Shown here piece by piece: positions 52,500 to 64,000 of a stretch of 64,000 nucleotides of DNA; position 1 is the stretch's first letter, and the number at the start of each line of letters is the position of its first letter. Source of the stretch: Isurus oxyrinchus. Lineage: Eukaryota. Where the stretch lies: positions 62,001-126,000 of the forward strand of contig JANJGN010000724.1 of the NCBI GenBank assembly GCA_026770705.1. The letters are read 5' to 3'. The notes under the pieces are model-generated. The model was not told where the DNA came from and did no database searches. It worked only from the letters and a program-made list of their open reading frames with translations. Both the position numbers and the translations under genes were made by a program.

Positions 52500-52868
52500 C
52501 CAGTGAGGGAGTACTGAGGGTGTGCTGCACTGTCAGAGGGTCAGTACTGAGGGAGTGCTGCACTGTCAGAGGGTCAGTACTGAGGTAGTGCTGCGCTGTC
52601 AGAGGGTCAGTAGTGAGGGAGTGCTGCACTGTCAGAGGGTCAGTACTGAGGGAGTGCTGCACTGTCAGAGGGTCAGTACTGAGGGAGTGCTGCACTGTCA
52701 GAGGGTCAGTACTGAGGTAGTGCTGCACTGTCAGAGGGTCAGTACTGAGGGAGTGCTGCACTGTCAGAGGGTCAGTAGTGAGGGAGTGCTGCACTGTCAG
52801 AGGGTCAGTACTGAGGGAGTGCTGCACTGTCAGAGGGTCAGTACTGAGGGAGTGCTGCACTGTCAGAA
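52500..52868 (-). repeat. 33-bp family minisatellite (inverted); others at 54265-54630 and 60077-60415
   Basis: GAGGGTCAGTACTGAGGGAGTGCTGCACTGTCA repeats. Confidence 0.93.
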
Positions 52869-54838
52869 CTGTCGTAATTCAGATGATGTTTGAAATTAGC
52901 AACATGCCTCATGTAAAATTCTATATCATCAGCTCAATATAAATAGATTAGTCCTGTACGTTTCACTTCACTGCAAATTGTTCATGGTTTCATTTCCTTG
53001 TTAACCAGGCTCGTGTGATGACTATTTTTAAATAATGTTTGTTATTTGGAACAAGGGGCCATGCCTGAACAGATAACTGTCGGATCAAGCAGCTGGGTTT
53101 TTTCTTGAACCTGGCTTCATTCAGATGTTTGCTGCTGGACATGAGATCATTAATGTGTGAATGTAGAATCGGAGTCACCTCAGTGAACAGCAGCATTGGT
53201 TGAACAGCCTGATCTGCAATAAGAACTGCTGAACACAATGTCCGTTCAGAACAGCTCGGTCCCCGATCAGAGAAACAGCCTCAGACAGAACCAACTGACG
53301 CTGGAATCCATACAATTCATCAACGTGTTGGGAGTTAGTTTGATGTCGGAGATGGAGTGTTACTGGGAAGGAGGGAACCCGTCAGGATGAACAGCTCGAT
53401 GTACGACAAGGAAAGGATGAGCTAAGAGGGGTTGGTCACGGACAGACGGAGCGTGTGAAGACTCAACAAGCTAATGGCAGGTGAAGAGCTGGAAAGGTGT
53501 CTTTTCAACACAAGGTTTAGACACAGAACTCGATGTTTGATCAGGTATTTCAAACCAGAGAAACTCTTTACAGGGTGAATGGACCTTGTCAATAATCCAT
53601 CTAGCCAACCTCGCCTAGAGATTAGTCCAATATTAGACACTAAACCGAGTCCCCCGTCTGCCCTCTCGGGCGGATGTGAAAGATCCCACAACCACTATTT
53701 GGAGGAAGAGCAGGGGGGAGATCTCACACGCAGACACACACACACACACACACACATTTTCTCTTGTTCATTCTTTTAAACACACACACTCCCTCTCAAA
53801 TACACACACCCTCTCTCGCACACTCCTTCTCTCAAACACATACACCCTCTCTCTCAAACATACACACACACACGGTCTCACGCACACGCTCTCTCACATA
53901 CACACTCTCTCTTTCACACACACACTATCTAACACCCACAGATTCTCTCTCTTTCTTTCTCTCTCACACATAAGCTCTCTCTCTAACACAGACATTCCCT
54001 TTCTCTCACACACACTCTCTCTCTCACACAATTCAGCTACCTCACTCTCTCATGCGCACACACTCTACCTCTCTTTTGCTCTCTCACACATTTTCTCTTT
54101 CTCTCTATCCTTCTCTCTCGCACACATACGCACTGTCACTCTCTCACACACACATTGTCTCTCTTTCTCACACACGCACTCACTCTCTCTCTCTCTCCAA
54201 GACAGCAGGTTGGGGTTTTCAAACCGTCTCAAGGTTTCAGCTCAAAACCCAGATGGACTCTCCCCAGTGAGGGAGTGCTGAGGGAGTGCTGCACTGTTGG
54301 AGGGTCAATATTGAGGGAGTGCTGCACTGTCAGAGGGTCAGTACTGAGGGAGTGCTGCACTGTCAGGAGGTCAGTACTGAGGGAAACCCTGCTCTATCAA
54401 AGGGTCAGTACTGAGGCAGTGCTGAACTGTCAGAGGGTCAGTACTTAGGGAGTGCTGCACTGTCAGAGTGTCAGTACTGAGGGAGTGCTGCACTGTTGGA
54501 GGGTTAGCACTGAGGGAGTGCTGCACTTCCAGAGGGTCAATACTGAAGGAGTGCTGCACTCTCAAAGCGTCAATGCTGAGGGAGTGCTGCACTGTCAGAG
54601 GGTGGACACTGAGGGAATGCTGCTCTGTCAGACCTGCCATATTTCAGATGATGTTTGAAATTAGCAACATGCCTCATGTATAATTATATATCATCAACTC
54701 AAATTAAATAGATTATTCCTGTACATTTCACTTTACTGTAAATTGTTTGCAGTTTCATCTCCTTAGAAGCCAGGTTTGTGTGATCACTATTTTTAAATAA
54801 CGTTAATAATAAAGATGCGACAATCCACATGCACACAT

Positions 54839-54874
<36 letters not shown>

Positions 54875-55577
54875 ATGTGTAGGCACATACATGCACATTT
54901 ACACACAGTCATACACATGCAAAAACCTACACAGAAACATACACACACTCAACTCACACACACACACTCACACGTGCACACACATACACATACACATGTA
55001 CACACATTCACTTATGCACAGAAATATACACAAAGACACACGCACATTTGCGCAAACACATACACACATGCACACACAGACACATGCATGCATACTCACA
55101 CAAACATACTCACATATGTAGAAACACAAACACATACACATAAACACGCGTGAGGTCCCTCTTCTCTCTCAGGGCTGCACTGGAGTCTCGGTGTCAGCTC
55201 CCATTCTGTGTTGAAGGAAGGTAAACTCCAGATCAGCAAGACCCTGAATTGGATGAGCAACCTCCTGAACAGAGAATTGTAGATTTACCCCTCAGTGCTC
55301 CATCAATCAAATACAATTCATTCCCGTAAATCCCTTGGCAAAATCCTGAGGATGTGAAAGTTTCTTTCATTCTAGGTGAACAGCACATCTACTGGTGGGA
55401 GAATGTAACTCCAGTTTGACTGTTTACATAGGCAGTGCCCATTATAAATTTGACAGTGGAAGTTATATGGAGGGAAGGTATCTGGAAATGTATACAGACA
55501 TCAGATACAGAGAGATGATGCATGGAGTCTTGCTGTGCACGCTGCTTGCTCACATTAAACACTTAATTTGTTTTTAG

Positions 55578-55859
55578 ATGCTCCACAGAATCTCACATTT
55601 ACTTCTCTTGAAATGATTAATGCTTCATCGATCAATATAATTGAGGGGAATTCTGCAGTGATAATCTGCTCTGTCGAGAGCTTCCCAGCTTCTAACCTGA
55701 CGTGGCAACATCTTAATGTCCCAATGAACAGAACAAGTTGCAACAATGAGCTGTGGTTGGTGATTCCTCACGTTACATCCAGGGACACTGGAGACTATCA
55801 GTGTGTGGCAGAGAATGAACATGGAGCAGTGGAGGGATTCATAACCATCACTGTGGAAT
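55578..55859 (+). CDS. Gene D Ig exon (282 nt, extra Cys in NRTSC)
   Basis: Same family as the gene A domain 3-5 exons; splice sites intact. Confidence 0.85.
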
Positions 55860-56930
55860 GTGAGTGTACACAGACTTCAACATCTCTCACACACACACTC
55901 ACACATGCAAAAACACTCATGTGTAGACACAAACATGCACGCTTACACACAAACATACGTTCAAACACATACACAGAAACACACACAAACTCAACTCACA
56001 CATANNNNNNNNNNNNNNNNNNNNNNNNNNNNNNNNNNNNNNNNNNNNNNNNNNNNNNNNNNNNNNNNNNNNNNNNNNNNNNNNNNNNNNNNNNNNNNNN
56101 NNNNNNNNNNNNNNNNNNNNNNNNNNNNNNNNNNNNNACAGACACGCGCATACACACAAATACAAACTCACGTGCAGAAGTACACACACAAGTGTGAGCT
56201 CCCTCTCCTCTCTCAGTTCTGCACTGGAGTCATGGTATCAGCTCCCATTCTGTGTTGAAGGAAGGTAAACTCCAGATCAGCAAGACCCTGAATTGGATGA
56301 GCAACCTCCTGAACAGAGAAATGTAGATTTAGCCCTCAGTGCTCCATCGATCAAATACAATTCATTGCCTATCAAGCCCTTGGGGACATCTTGAGAGTGT
56401 TAAAGGATGTTTCTTTCATTCTAGAGGGTTAGCAACTCTACTGGTGGGAGGAAGCAACTGCAGTGTGACAGTTTACATAGGAAGTGTCCATTATAAATAT
56501 GACAGTAATTTTTCATGAGGGAAGGTACCTGGAAAAGCATTCCAACATCAGATACAGAGAGATGATGCATGGAGTCTTGCTGTGCACTATGCTTGCTCAC
56601 ATTAAAATCTTTATTTCTTTTAGACGCACCCAGAATCTCTCAATTAATTCTCTTGATATGATTAACGCTTCATCGATCAATATAATTGAGGGGAATTCTG
56701 CAGTGATAATCTGATCTGTCGAGAGCTTCCCAGCTTCTAACCTGACGTGGCGACATCTTAATGTCCCAATGAACAGAACAAGTTCCAACAATGAGCTGTG
56801 GTTGGTGATTCCTCACGTTACATCCAGGGACACTGGAGACTATCAGTGTGTGGCAGAGAATGAACATGGAGCAGTGGAGGGGTTCATAACCATCACTGTG
56901 GAACGTGAGTTACTGCAAACTCCAACATCA

Positions 56931-56975
<45 letters not shown>

Positions 56976-59900
56976 ACACACACACACACACGCACACACA
57001 CACAGACACACACACACACAGACAGAAACCTGTAGGCACACACATGCATAATTATCCACACACAGTCATACACATACAAGCACATACACAGGAAAATACA
57101 CACCCATCTCAAACACACACACACATTCATGCCCACACATAGACACACACATACACATACTCTCACTCATGGACAGACCTAGACACACAGACACATGCGC
57201 ATGCGCACACACAGACACATGTGTGCATACACACACAAACACACTCACTGGTGCAGAAACACAAACACAAACACATACACACACGTGAGTTCCCTCTCCT
57301 CTCTCAGTGCCGCACTGGAGTCTTGGTATCAGCTCCGATTCTGTGTTGAAGGAAGGTAAACTCCAGATCAACAAGACCCTGAATTGGATGAGCAACCTCC
57401 TGAACAGAGAATTGTAGATTTACCCCTCAGTGCTCCATCAATCAAATACAATTCATTGCCTGTCCAGCCCTTTGCGAAATCCTGAGGATGTGAAAGCAAG
57501 CTTCTTTCATTCTAGATGGACAACACCTCTACTGGTGGGAGAATGCAACTGCAGTGTGACAGTTTACATAGGCAGTGTCCATTAAAAATGTGGCATAAGA
57601 CGTTATCCTGAGGGAAGTTACCTGGAAATGCATTCAGACATCAGATACAGAGAGATGATGCATGGAGTCTTGCTGTGCAATAGGTTTGCTCACATTAAAC
57701 ACTTGATTTGTTTTTAGATGCACCACAGGATCTCTCATTTACTTTGCTTAATATGATTTACGCTTCATCAATCAATATAATTGAGGGGAATTCTGCAGTG
57801 ATAATCTGCTCTGTCGAGAGCTTCCCAGCTTCTAACCTGATGTGGCGACATCTTAATGTCCCAATGAACAGAACAAGTTCCAACAATGAGCTGTGGTTGG
57901 TGATTCCTCACGTTACATCCAGGGACACTGGAGACTATCAGTGTGTGGCAGAGAATGAACATGGAGCAGTGGAGGCGTTCATAACCATCACTGTGGAACG
58001 TGAGTGTGGAGATACATTTGTTTGTTTGTTGTCTCCGTGGTCTCCGTGGAGCCATTGGGATCGTGTTGTTTTTAATCCAGTTTTCTTCAATCCTCGCTCA
58101 GTCCACGTTATCCACACACCCAATTTTTCCTCTCCCTTTCTGTTTTTGCTCTCAGTTTCTCCTTCAATGGTTGTGAGGACAAGGCTGTCAGGTCTTCGTT
58201 TCCAATCTCCGTACTTGAAGACCTTTCTCTCTCTAACTGTCCTGAACAACCCTTTTAATTGCTGAACATCTCATTCTTTAATTGATAAATATTATATATA
58301 AATGTTACATGTTGAAATGCAACTATTGTATTCATAAATTGCTTAGAAATTACTAAACATTCAACAGCCAATGCAGCATTATCGAAGTGAGCTCACTGTT
58401 GTAATGTAGGAAACACAGGTACTGATTTGTGCACAGCAAGATCCCGCAAACCACCGTGTGATAATGACCTGATAGTCGATTATTTCAGTGAGGTTGGTTG
58501 TTACATGTGTAGAGACTACATACCCTTGAGGGAGGGAAGCATGTCTCGATGTGGATGTGACTCCAGTCTCAGACACCAACATGGTTAACTCACACCTGCC
58601 CTCTGAACTGGTCTCCCAGTTTGGGACAAACCAGTGGTTCAGGAGGAAGACCGCCCACCACCTTCTCAAGGGGAAACTAGGGATGGACAATAAATGTCAG
58701 CATTGCCCGAGAATGAGTATTTAAACACTGAGTGAGTGTATCGCTTCTCGAGATACATCGAAGCATCACTGTAAATCTGTAGTGCAGTAATTAATGGCTG
58801 TTTTTACAGGTAGAGACTCCAGTAAATGGACAGTAGGATTGTTCACGGCTGGGATCATGTTGAGTGTTTTTCTGGCTGGAATTTTCATCTTCATCTGTGT
58901 GAGAAAGTAAGTCTGAAGATTTAACTTGATTTTAATATAAACATTTGCTTCAATGTTCTTTCCTTAAGTCGGTGATTGTTTCCCTTGGGATCAGCACCAG
59001 GTCCCTCTCTGTAAGTGATCCCTGTGTCCACTATGATCCGGAGAGAACCTTTCATTGTCCTGTATCCAGTAAACAATCACGAGACCCAGAGATTCCTCAC
59101 TCTGCACGATTACTCCTGGATAAATATTTGCTTCAATGTTCTTTCCTGAAGTCGGTGATTGTTTCCCTTGTGTTAAGCGCCAGATGCCTCTCCGTAACTG
59201 GTCTCTTTTGTCCCTTACGATCCAGACAGTGTTTTTCATTGCCCGTTATCCAGATGAATAATAATCAGTTGCTGTGATCTGGAAGGTGCTGCCTGAAAGG
59301 GCGCTGGAAGCAGATTTAATAGGATCTTTCAAAAGGGGAATTGGATAAATACTTGAAGGTGGAACATTTGAAGGGCTACGGGGGGAAGAGCAGGGGTGGA
59401 GGGGGGGTCAAAGATATGGCGTGTCATTATAATGATATTATACCTTAGGCTTATTTATTGTACAAGAAACAAAGCACCAATCGCTCACAGGGATTGGGTG
59501 AGAATGTTAATGATTTGTTTATCAAGACTCGGCACGAGAACAGTTATACATATGGAGAAAGATTGAAGGCATCAGAGCTGTGAGTGTGTGTTCTGCTCAA
59601 AGCAAAAGTCAAACTAAGATTGGATCACATGACACACTTCCATTATAGTGATGTCACGCTGATATCCCTTATTGGAACTAGAGACAGTCCAGTCGTTGGT
59701 GTAAGGTTACACTGGGCTCTGTGTCTGTGCTGCACTGACTCTCTGCTATATGATAACCACAGTGTGATATTGTGTTATTGCAGGAGAAAGACAGTGATGG
59801 AGGAGAGAGTTTCAGGGACCAGTGACATTGTATTGACCCCCAGTCCACTCTCTGTGAAGCACCAGGTACAGGAGCTGTTTACACTCACTCCAAAGCTTCA

Positions 59901-61117
59901 ATCTCAGTGTGTAGACAACACATGTCCCAGATTCCCAGCCCAGTTACCGACAGATATCTACCTGTGGAGTCAGATATGGCTCAGTAGGTAGCATTGTCTC
60001 TCGCTCCCTCCCCCTCTTCCCTCCATCACTCGCTCTTTGACCAGAAACCTGAACGCAATAATGACAAGGCACCTGATGTCAGTAGTGAGGGAGTGCTGCA
60101 CTGTCCTAGGGTCTGTGCTGAGGGAGTGCTGGAGTGTCAGAAGGTCAGTACTGAGGGAGTGTTGCACTGTCAGAGGGTCTGTACTGAGGGAGAGCTAGAC
60201 TGTCAGAGGGTCAGTACTGAGGGAGTGCTGCGCTGTCATAGGGTCAGTACTGAGGGAGTGCTGGACTGTCAGAGGGTCAGTACTGAGGGAGTGCTGCACT
60301 GTCGGATGGTCAGTACTGAGGACAGTACTGAGTGAGTGCTGCATTGTCAAAGAGTCCATTTTCAAGGGGTGCTGCCCTCTTGAAGGGGCAGTTCCGAGGG
60401 AGTGCTGCACTGTCAGCAGAGAGCACTGAGAGAACATTGCAATGTTCGAGGTGCCTCTTTCAGAATAGTTGTATAATGCTGACCATGTTTACCATCTTAT
60501 CTGGTCCCATGGCCACATTTCCAACACTGTAGCAGTGTCGCCCTTCAATAAAATTCCTTCATTGGCGTGAGGTTCTTTGTGTGTCTGTGTTTGTGAATAA
60601 TGGGGCACAAATCTCATGATTGGGATGGTAACATAGGACTTCAAGACTCAGGTCTGCGATAGCGGGAGAGATTACATGATAAATAGAGAGAGAAAGCAAG
60701 AGAGAGAGAGAGAAAGAGAGACAGAGAAAGAGATTGAAAAAAAGGAGACAGAGAAAGAGAGTGAAAAAGAGGGTTAAACCCATTGAGACATGAGTGACAG
60801 TAATGAGGCTGCAGAATAACTTAACCCTATCAGTGCCAGTAAATGATGTGAGGATGTCTTCTGTTTCTATTTCTCTGTAGGGTAAACAGAACGTGCTGAT
60901 TACTGAGCCCCGGAACACAACTAGTGAGGGGGAGACCCCAGCTCCCCGGGGTCTCTCTGAAGGTCCAGTGGGAGGCGATGTTGGACATGGGAACCCCGAC
61001 AAACCCGACGAGCTTTTCTATGCCAACATCAACTTTTCAAAGCTGCCCGGCGGTGACAGGACTGTGCACAGGAGCGAGGACACGGAATACGCACAGATCA
61101 GGTTCCAGAAAAACTGA
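55578..61117 (+). CDS. Gene D: inhibitory Siglec-like receptor, 3' part (exons 55578-55859, [dead 56624-56904], 57718-57999, 58810-58906, 59784-59865, 60881-61117)
   Basis: Phase-compatible GT-AG exons from Ig through TM to an ITIM+ITSM tail; leader, V and domain-2 exons not found directly upstream. Confidence 0.78.
56624..56904 (+). pseudogene. Dead Ig exon in gene D (281 nt; 1-nt deletion and TGC->TGA at 56712-56714)
   Basis: GCACC-CAG deletion near the 5' end; structural Cys codon converted to stop. Confidence 0.9.
57718..57999 (+). CDS. Gene D membrane-proximal Ig exon (282 nt)
   Basis: Intact frame and splice sites. Confidence 0.87.
58810..58906 (+). CDS. Gene D transmembrane exon (R)RDSSKWTVGLFTAGIMLSVFLAGIFIFICVR(K)
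   Basis: tttttacAG / AA|GTAAGT; uncharged TM; 97 nt. Confidence 0.9.
59784..59865 (+). CDS. Gene D cytoplasmic exon 1 (K)RKTVMEERVSGTSDIVLTPSPLSVKHQ
   Basis: ttgcAG acceptor, CAG|GTACAG donor; 82 nt bridges phase 2 to phase 0 exactly. Confidence 0.82.
60881..61117 (+). CDS. Gene D terminal exon with ITIM (LFYANI, 61013-61030) and ITSM (TEYAQI, 61082-61099)
   Basis: ttctctgtAG acceptor, phase 0; ELxYAxIxF...TEYxxI matches the CD33-related Siglec tail layout. Confidence 0.9.
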   Translation, partial: GKQNVLITEPRNTTSEGETPAPRGLSEGPVGGDVGHGNPDKPDELFYANINFSKLPGGDRTVHRSEDTEYAQIRFQKN

Positions 61118-61309
61118 GTGTGAAACAGGGAGCGGGGCTGTGGGGTGTGTGCAGCCAACATGGCCAAATAGTAATGAACACAAATATGATGTTGCTCAAC
61201 TTTTTTTTATTGGTTTTAACTGAGCTTTCTGAATGCTGCACCTTTTTCCATGCTGTAAAAGATTGTGAGAAGCTTATGAATTATGTATAATTTAACATTT
61301 GTTAATACA

Positions 61310-63360
61310 AGGTGAGGTGAGAGTGACTGCCTTTGACATCAAGTCTGCATTTGACCGAGTGTGGCATCTAGGATCCCGAGTAAAACTGGAGTCAATGGGA
61401 ATCAGGGGTGGTACGAAAGTATAATAATTTGCTTAATATTTTCCTGGTTTGTTGTAAACTAGGTTTCTGGGTGTGAGTGTAGATGGGTCTGTCTGTGTGG
61501 TTTAATTACATCTGGAGACAGGTACACTGCAAGTTTGAGATTATCAAAAGAAGCTAGATGTAGAAATGTACTTGAAATGCTAATGAGAACACATGGAGGC
61601 TGTGTTAGCATGTAAGGTGTGAAGGGGCTGTTTAGATTTCAAAGGGATGTTGGTCTGTTTAGGACAAGCCCAATAAGCAAAGCTAAGGAGTTTTTTTTTA
61701 ATTTTACCCAAACTTCATTGACAATATTGGCAACATGAAAGTTTATATTATGGGAAAGGTACAGCTCCAAAGAATTTACACATCAAAGAGAGAGAAACAT
61801 GTATAAAGGAGAATGAAAGGCTATGTTGGGGGCCATGTAAGATCTAACAGGAGTGTGTGAAACAGGCTTGAAGAAGCCTCCAAGCATTTGTGCATAAGTC
61901 TGTTATGTTCAGTAAATAAAGTTGGAGAAACCCATTTAGAATTCCAGTGTCAAGTGTGTGCTGTGTTAACTCGCTGGGTTTGTTTTTAATCTAAAATCTT
62001 ATTTTGGACTGTTGCCTTAAACAGGCTCTGTAACTGGGAGTCAGGTTAATTAGGAATTTGAGAATATATTTTAGCTGTAACTAACCGTGGTATTATGTCT
62101 GTACTTGAAATCTTTTATTTTGTTAATAAATATCTTAATTGAATTTTTAAAATGTCTAAAGGTTGTGGTCAACTCATTACTCCTGAATTCAGTGCACGCT
62201 TCTTGTAATAAATACAAATTGCAAAACTATTGTGATAGCGTGACCAATTTTCCCTTGTGGATTTGGAGCACCAAGCACACATCATCTGCCATGTCATGTC
62301 ACAGGGAAAACTCTCCACTCGTTGGATTCATACCAAGTACAAAGGAAGGTGGTTGTGGTTGTTGGAGGTCAGTCATCTCAGTTCCAGGACATCACTGCAG
62401 GAGTTGCTCAGCGTAGTGTCCTAGGCCCAACCATCTTCAGCTGCTTCATCAATGACATTCATTCTATCAGATGGTCAGAATTATGGAAGGTCGCTGATGA
62501 TTGCACAACATTCAACATCATTCATGACTCATCAGATGCTGAAGCAGTCCATGTCCAAATGCAGCAAGACCTGGACAATATCCAGGCTTGGCCTGACAAG
62601 TGGCAAGTAACATTCATGCCACACAAGTGCCAGGCAATGACCATTTCCAACCAGAGAGAATATATCCATCTCCCCTTAATGTCCAATAGCATCACCATTG
62701 CTGAATCCCACACTATCAACACTCTGGGGGTTACCAATGACTAGAAACTGAACTGTACTAGCCATATAAACACTGTGACTATAAGAGCAGGCCAGAGCCT
62801 GGGAATCCTGTGGTGAGTAACTCACCTCCTGACTCCCCAAAGCCTGTCCACCAACCTCAAGGCACAGGTCACAAGTGATGGAATACTCTCCACTTTCCTA
62901 GATGAGTGCAGCTCCAACAACACTCAAGAAGCTCGACACCGTCCAGGACAAAGCAGCCCCGCTTGATTTGCGCCCCGTCCACAAACATTCTCTCCCTCTA
63001 CAACTGACGCACAGTGTGTGTACCATCTACAAGATGCAATGCAGGGCGTCACCAAGCCTCCTTAGACAGCACCTTCCAAACACATGATCACTACCATCTC
63101 GAAGGACAAGGGCAGCAGACACATGGGAACACCACCACCTGGAAGTTCCCCTCCAAGTCACTCACCATCCTGACTTGGAAATATATCACCGTTCCTTCAC
63201 TGTCGCTGGGTCAGAATCCTGCAACACCCTCCCAAACAGTTCTGTGGGTGTACATACACCACAGGGACTGCAGCAGCTCAGGAAGGCAGATCACCACCAT
63301 ATTCTCAAGGACAATTAGGGATGGGCAATAAATTCTGGCCTAGCCAGTGTCAGTGAATGA
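61310..63360 (+). mobile_element. LINE RT fragment inserted in the gene D 3'UTR, with a nested insertion at 61409-62303
   Basis: ORF 62322..62744 ITAGVAQRSVLGPTIFSCFINDI...ADDC; LINE sequence continues across the nested insert (GGAATCAGGGG ... GGGAAAACTCTCC). Confidence 0.85.
61409..62303 (+). mobile_element. Putative solo LTR
   Basis: TG...CA termini, flanked by GGGG/GGGA, internal TATAAA (~61802) and AATAAA (61915, 62125); interrupts a LINE. Confidence 0.5.
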
Positions 63361-63769
63361 ATACAAAAAAGAAGCAATTAAAATGCCCTGACATTTCTGT
63401 ACATATTTATCAAATTAAATACGTACTCTAGTGAATAATTCCATTCTTCAAGGCACCACTTCCTGTTGTCACATGCCCTTCTGATTATTTAAATTCCTGT
63501 GTCATTGGTAATGGAACATTCCCATGTAAACATGTCACACTGTAATTACAGCCTCCTACCAGTGGTGGTGCTTTAGTGTCCTAGTTTTGCTTCTCAGAGA
63601 CTGGAGGAGCTGTATACATTGTGTTTACAATATTAGTAACACTCAGGGGTGACCAGGGGGATTCTTTTGGCCAAGTTTACGATGTTGCTAAGATACAATG
63701 GCCCCGTGGGATATTTCCTACTGCGTTTACAAGGTTGAATTGAAGAGATTTTTGAAGTGTCTGGCACAG

Positions 63770-64000
63770 TTTTATTAAGGTCCCCTCACATCCAATCTGG
63801 AGTCACTGGGTTCAGTTCTGAGTCCAGCAGCTTAGGAAGGATATATTGTCCTTGGAGGGGGTACTGTGCAGAGTCACCAGGATGATCCCGGGTCTGAAAG
63901 GGTTAAATCCCGAGGACAGGTTGCACAGACCAGGCTTGTGGTCCCTCGAGTCTCGAAGATTAAGGGGTGATCTAATCGAGGGGTTTAAGATGATTAAAGG
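63770..64000 (+). mobile_element. CR1-type LINE fragment
   Basis: Nucleotide similarity to the other CR1 3' segments (CAGTTCTG.GTCC, GAAGATTAAGGGGTGATCTAATCGAGG). Confidence 0.7.

Noticed and set aside
58944-59230. 183-bp-period local duplication in a gene D intron
   Set aside because: Real but unremarkable; no coding or regulatory signal seen

Overview
Repeat-rich vertebrate genomic DNA, most likely from a cartilaginous fish (inferred from the CR1/L2-type LINEs, Penelope element, shark-type SINE and 33-bp satellite). It contains a tandem cluster of Siglec-like (I-type lectin, V-set + C2-set Ig) receptor genes, reconstructed here by hand from splice sites and intron phases. Gene 0 (3' end only, 18-157) has a terminal TM exon with an intramembrane Arg and a short Tyr-free tail, i.e. 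activating type. Gene A (+, 3862-~24206) has leader, Siglec V-set with the essential Arg, domain 2, three near-identical Ig exons and a TM exon, followed by two duplicated multi-tyrosine cytoplasmic exons separated by a 7.4-kb 24-bp minisatellite. Gene B (+, 28775-32391) is a frameshifted and partly deleted paralogue ending in the same Arg-TM exon as gene 0. Gene C (-, 48713-47558) is a divergent MAG-like leader + V exon cut off by a Gypsy element. Gene D (+, 55578-61117) has three Ig exons (one dead), a TM exon and an ITIM+ITSM tail, but no visible 5' exons. Near-identical Ig stalk exons are therefore coupled to three different signalling modules, which looks like a paired activating/inhibitory Siglec system undergoing birth-and-death evolution. 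Repeat and mobile-element boundaries are approximate. No RNA genes or CRISPR arrays are supported.
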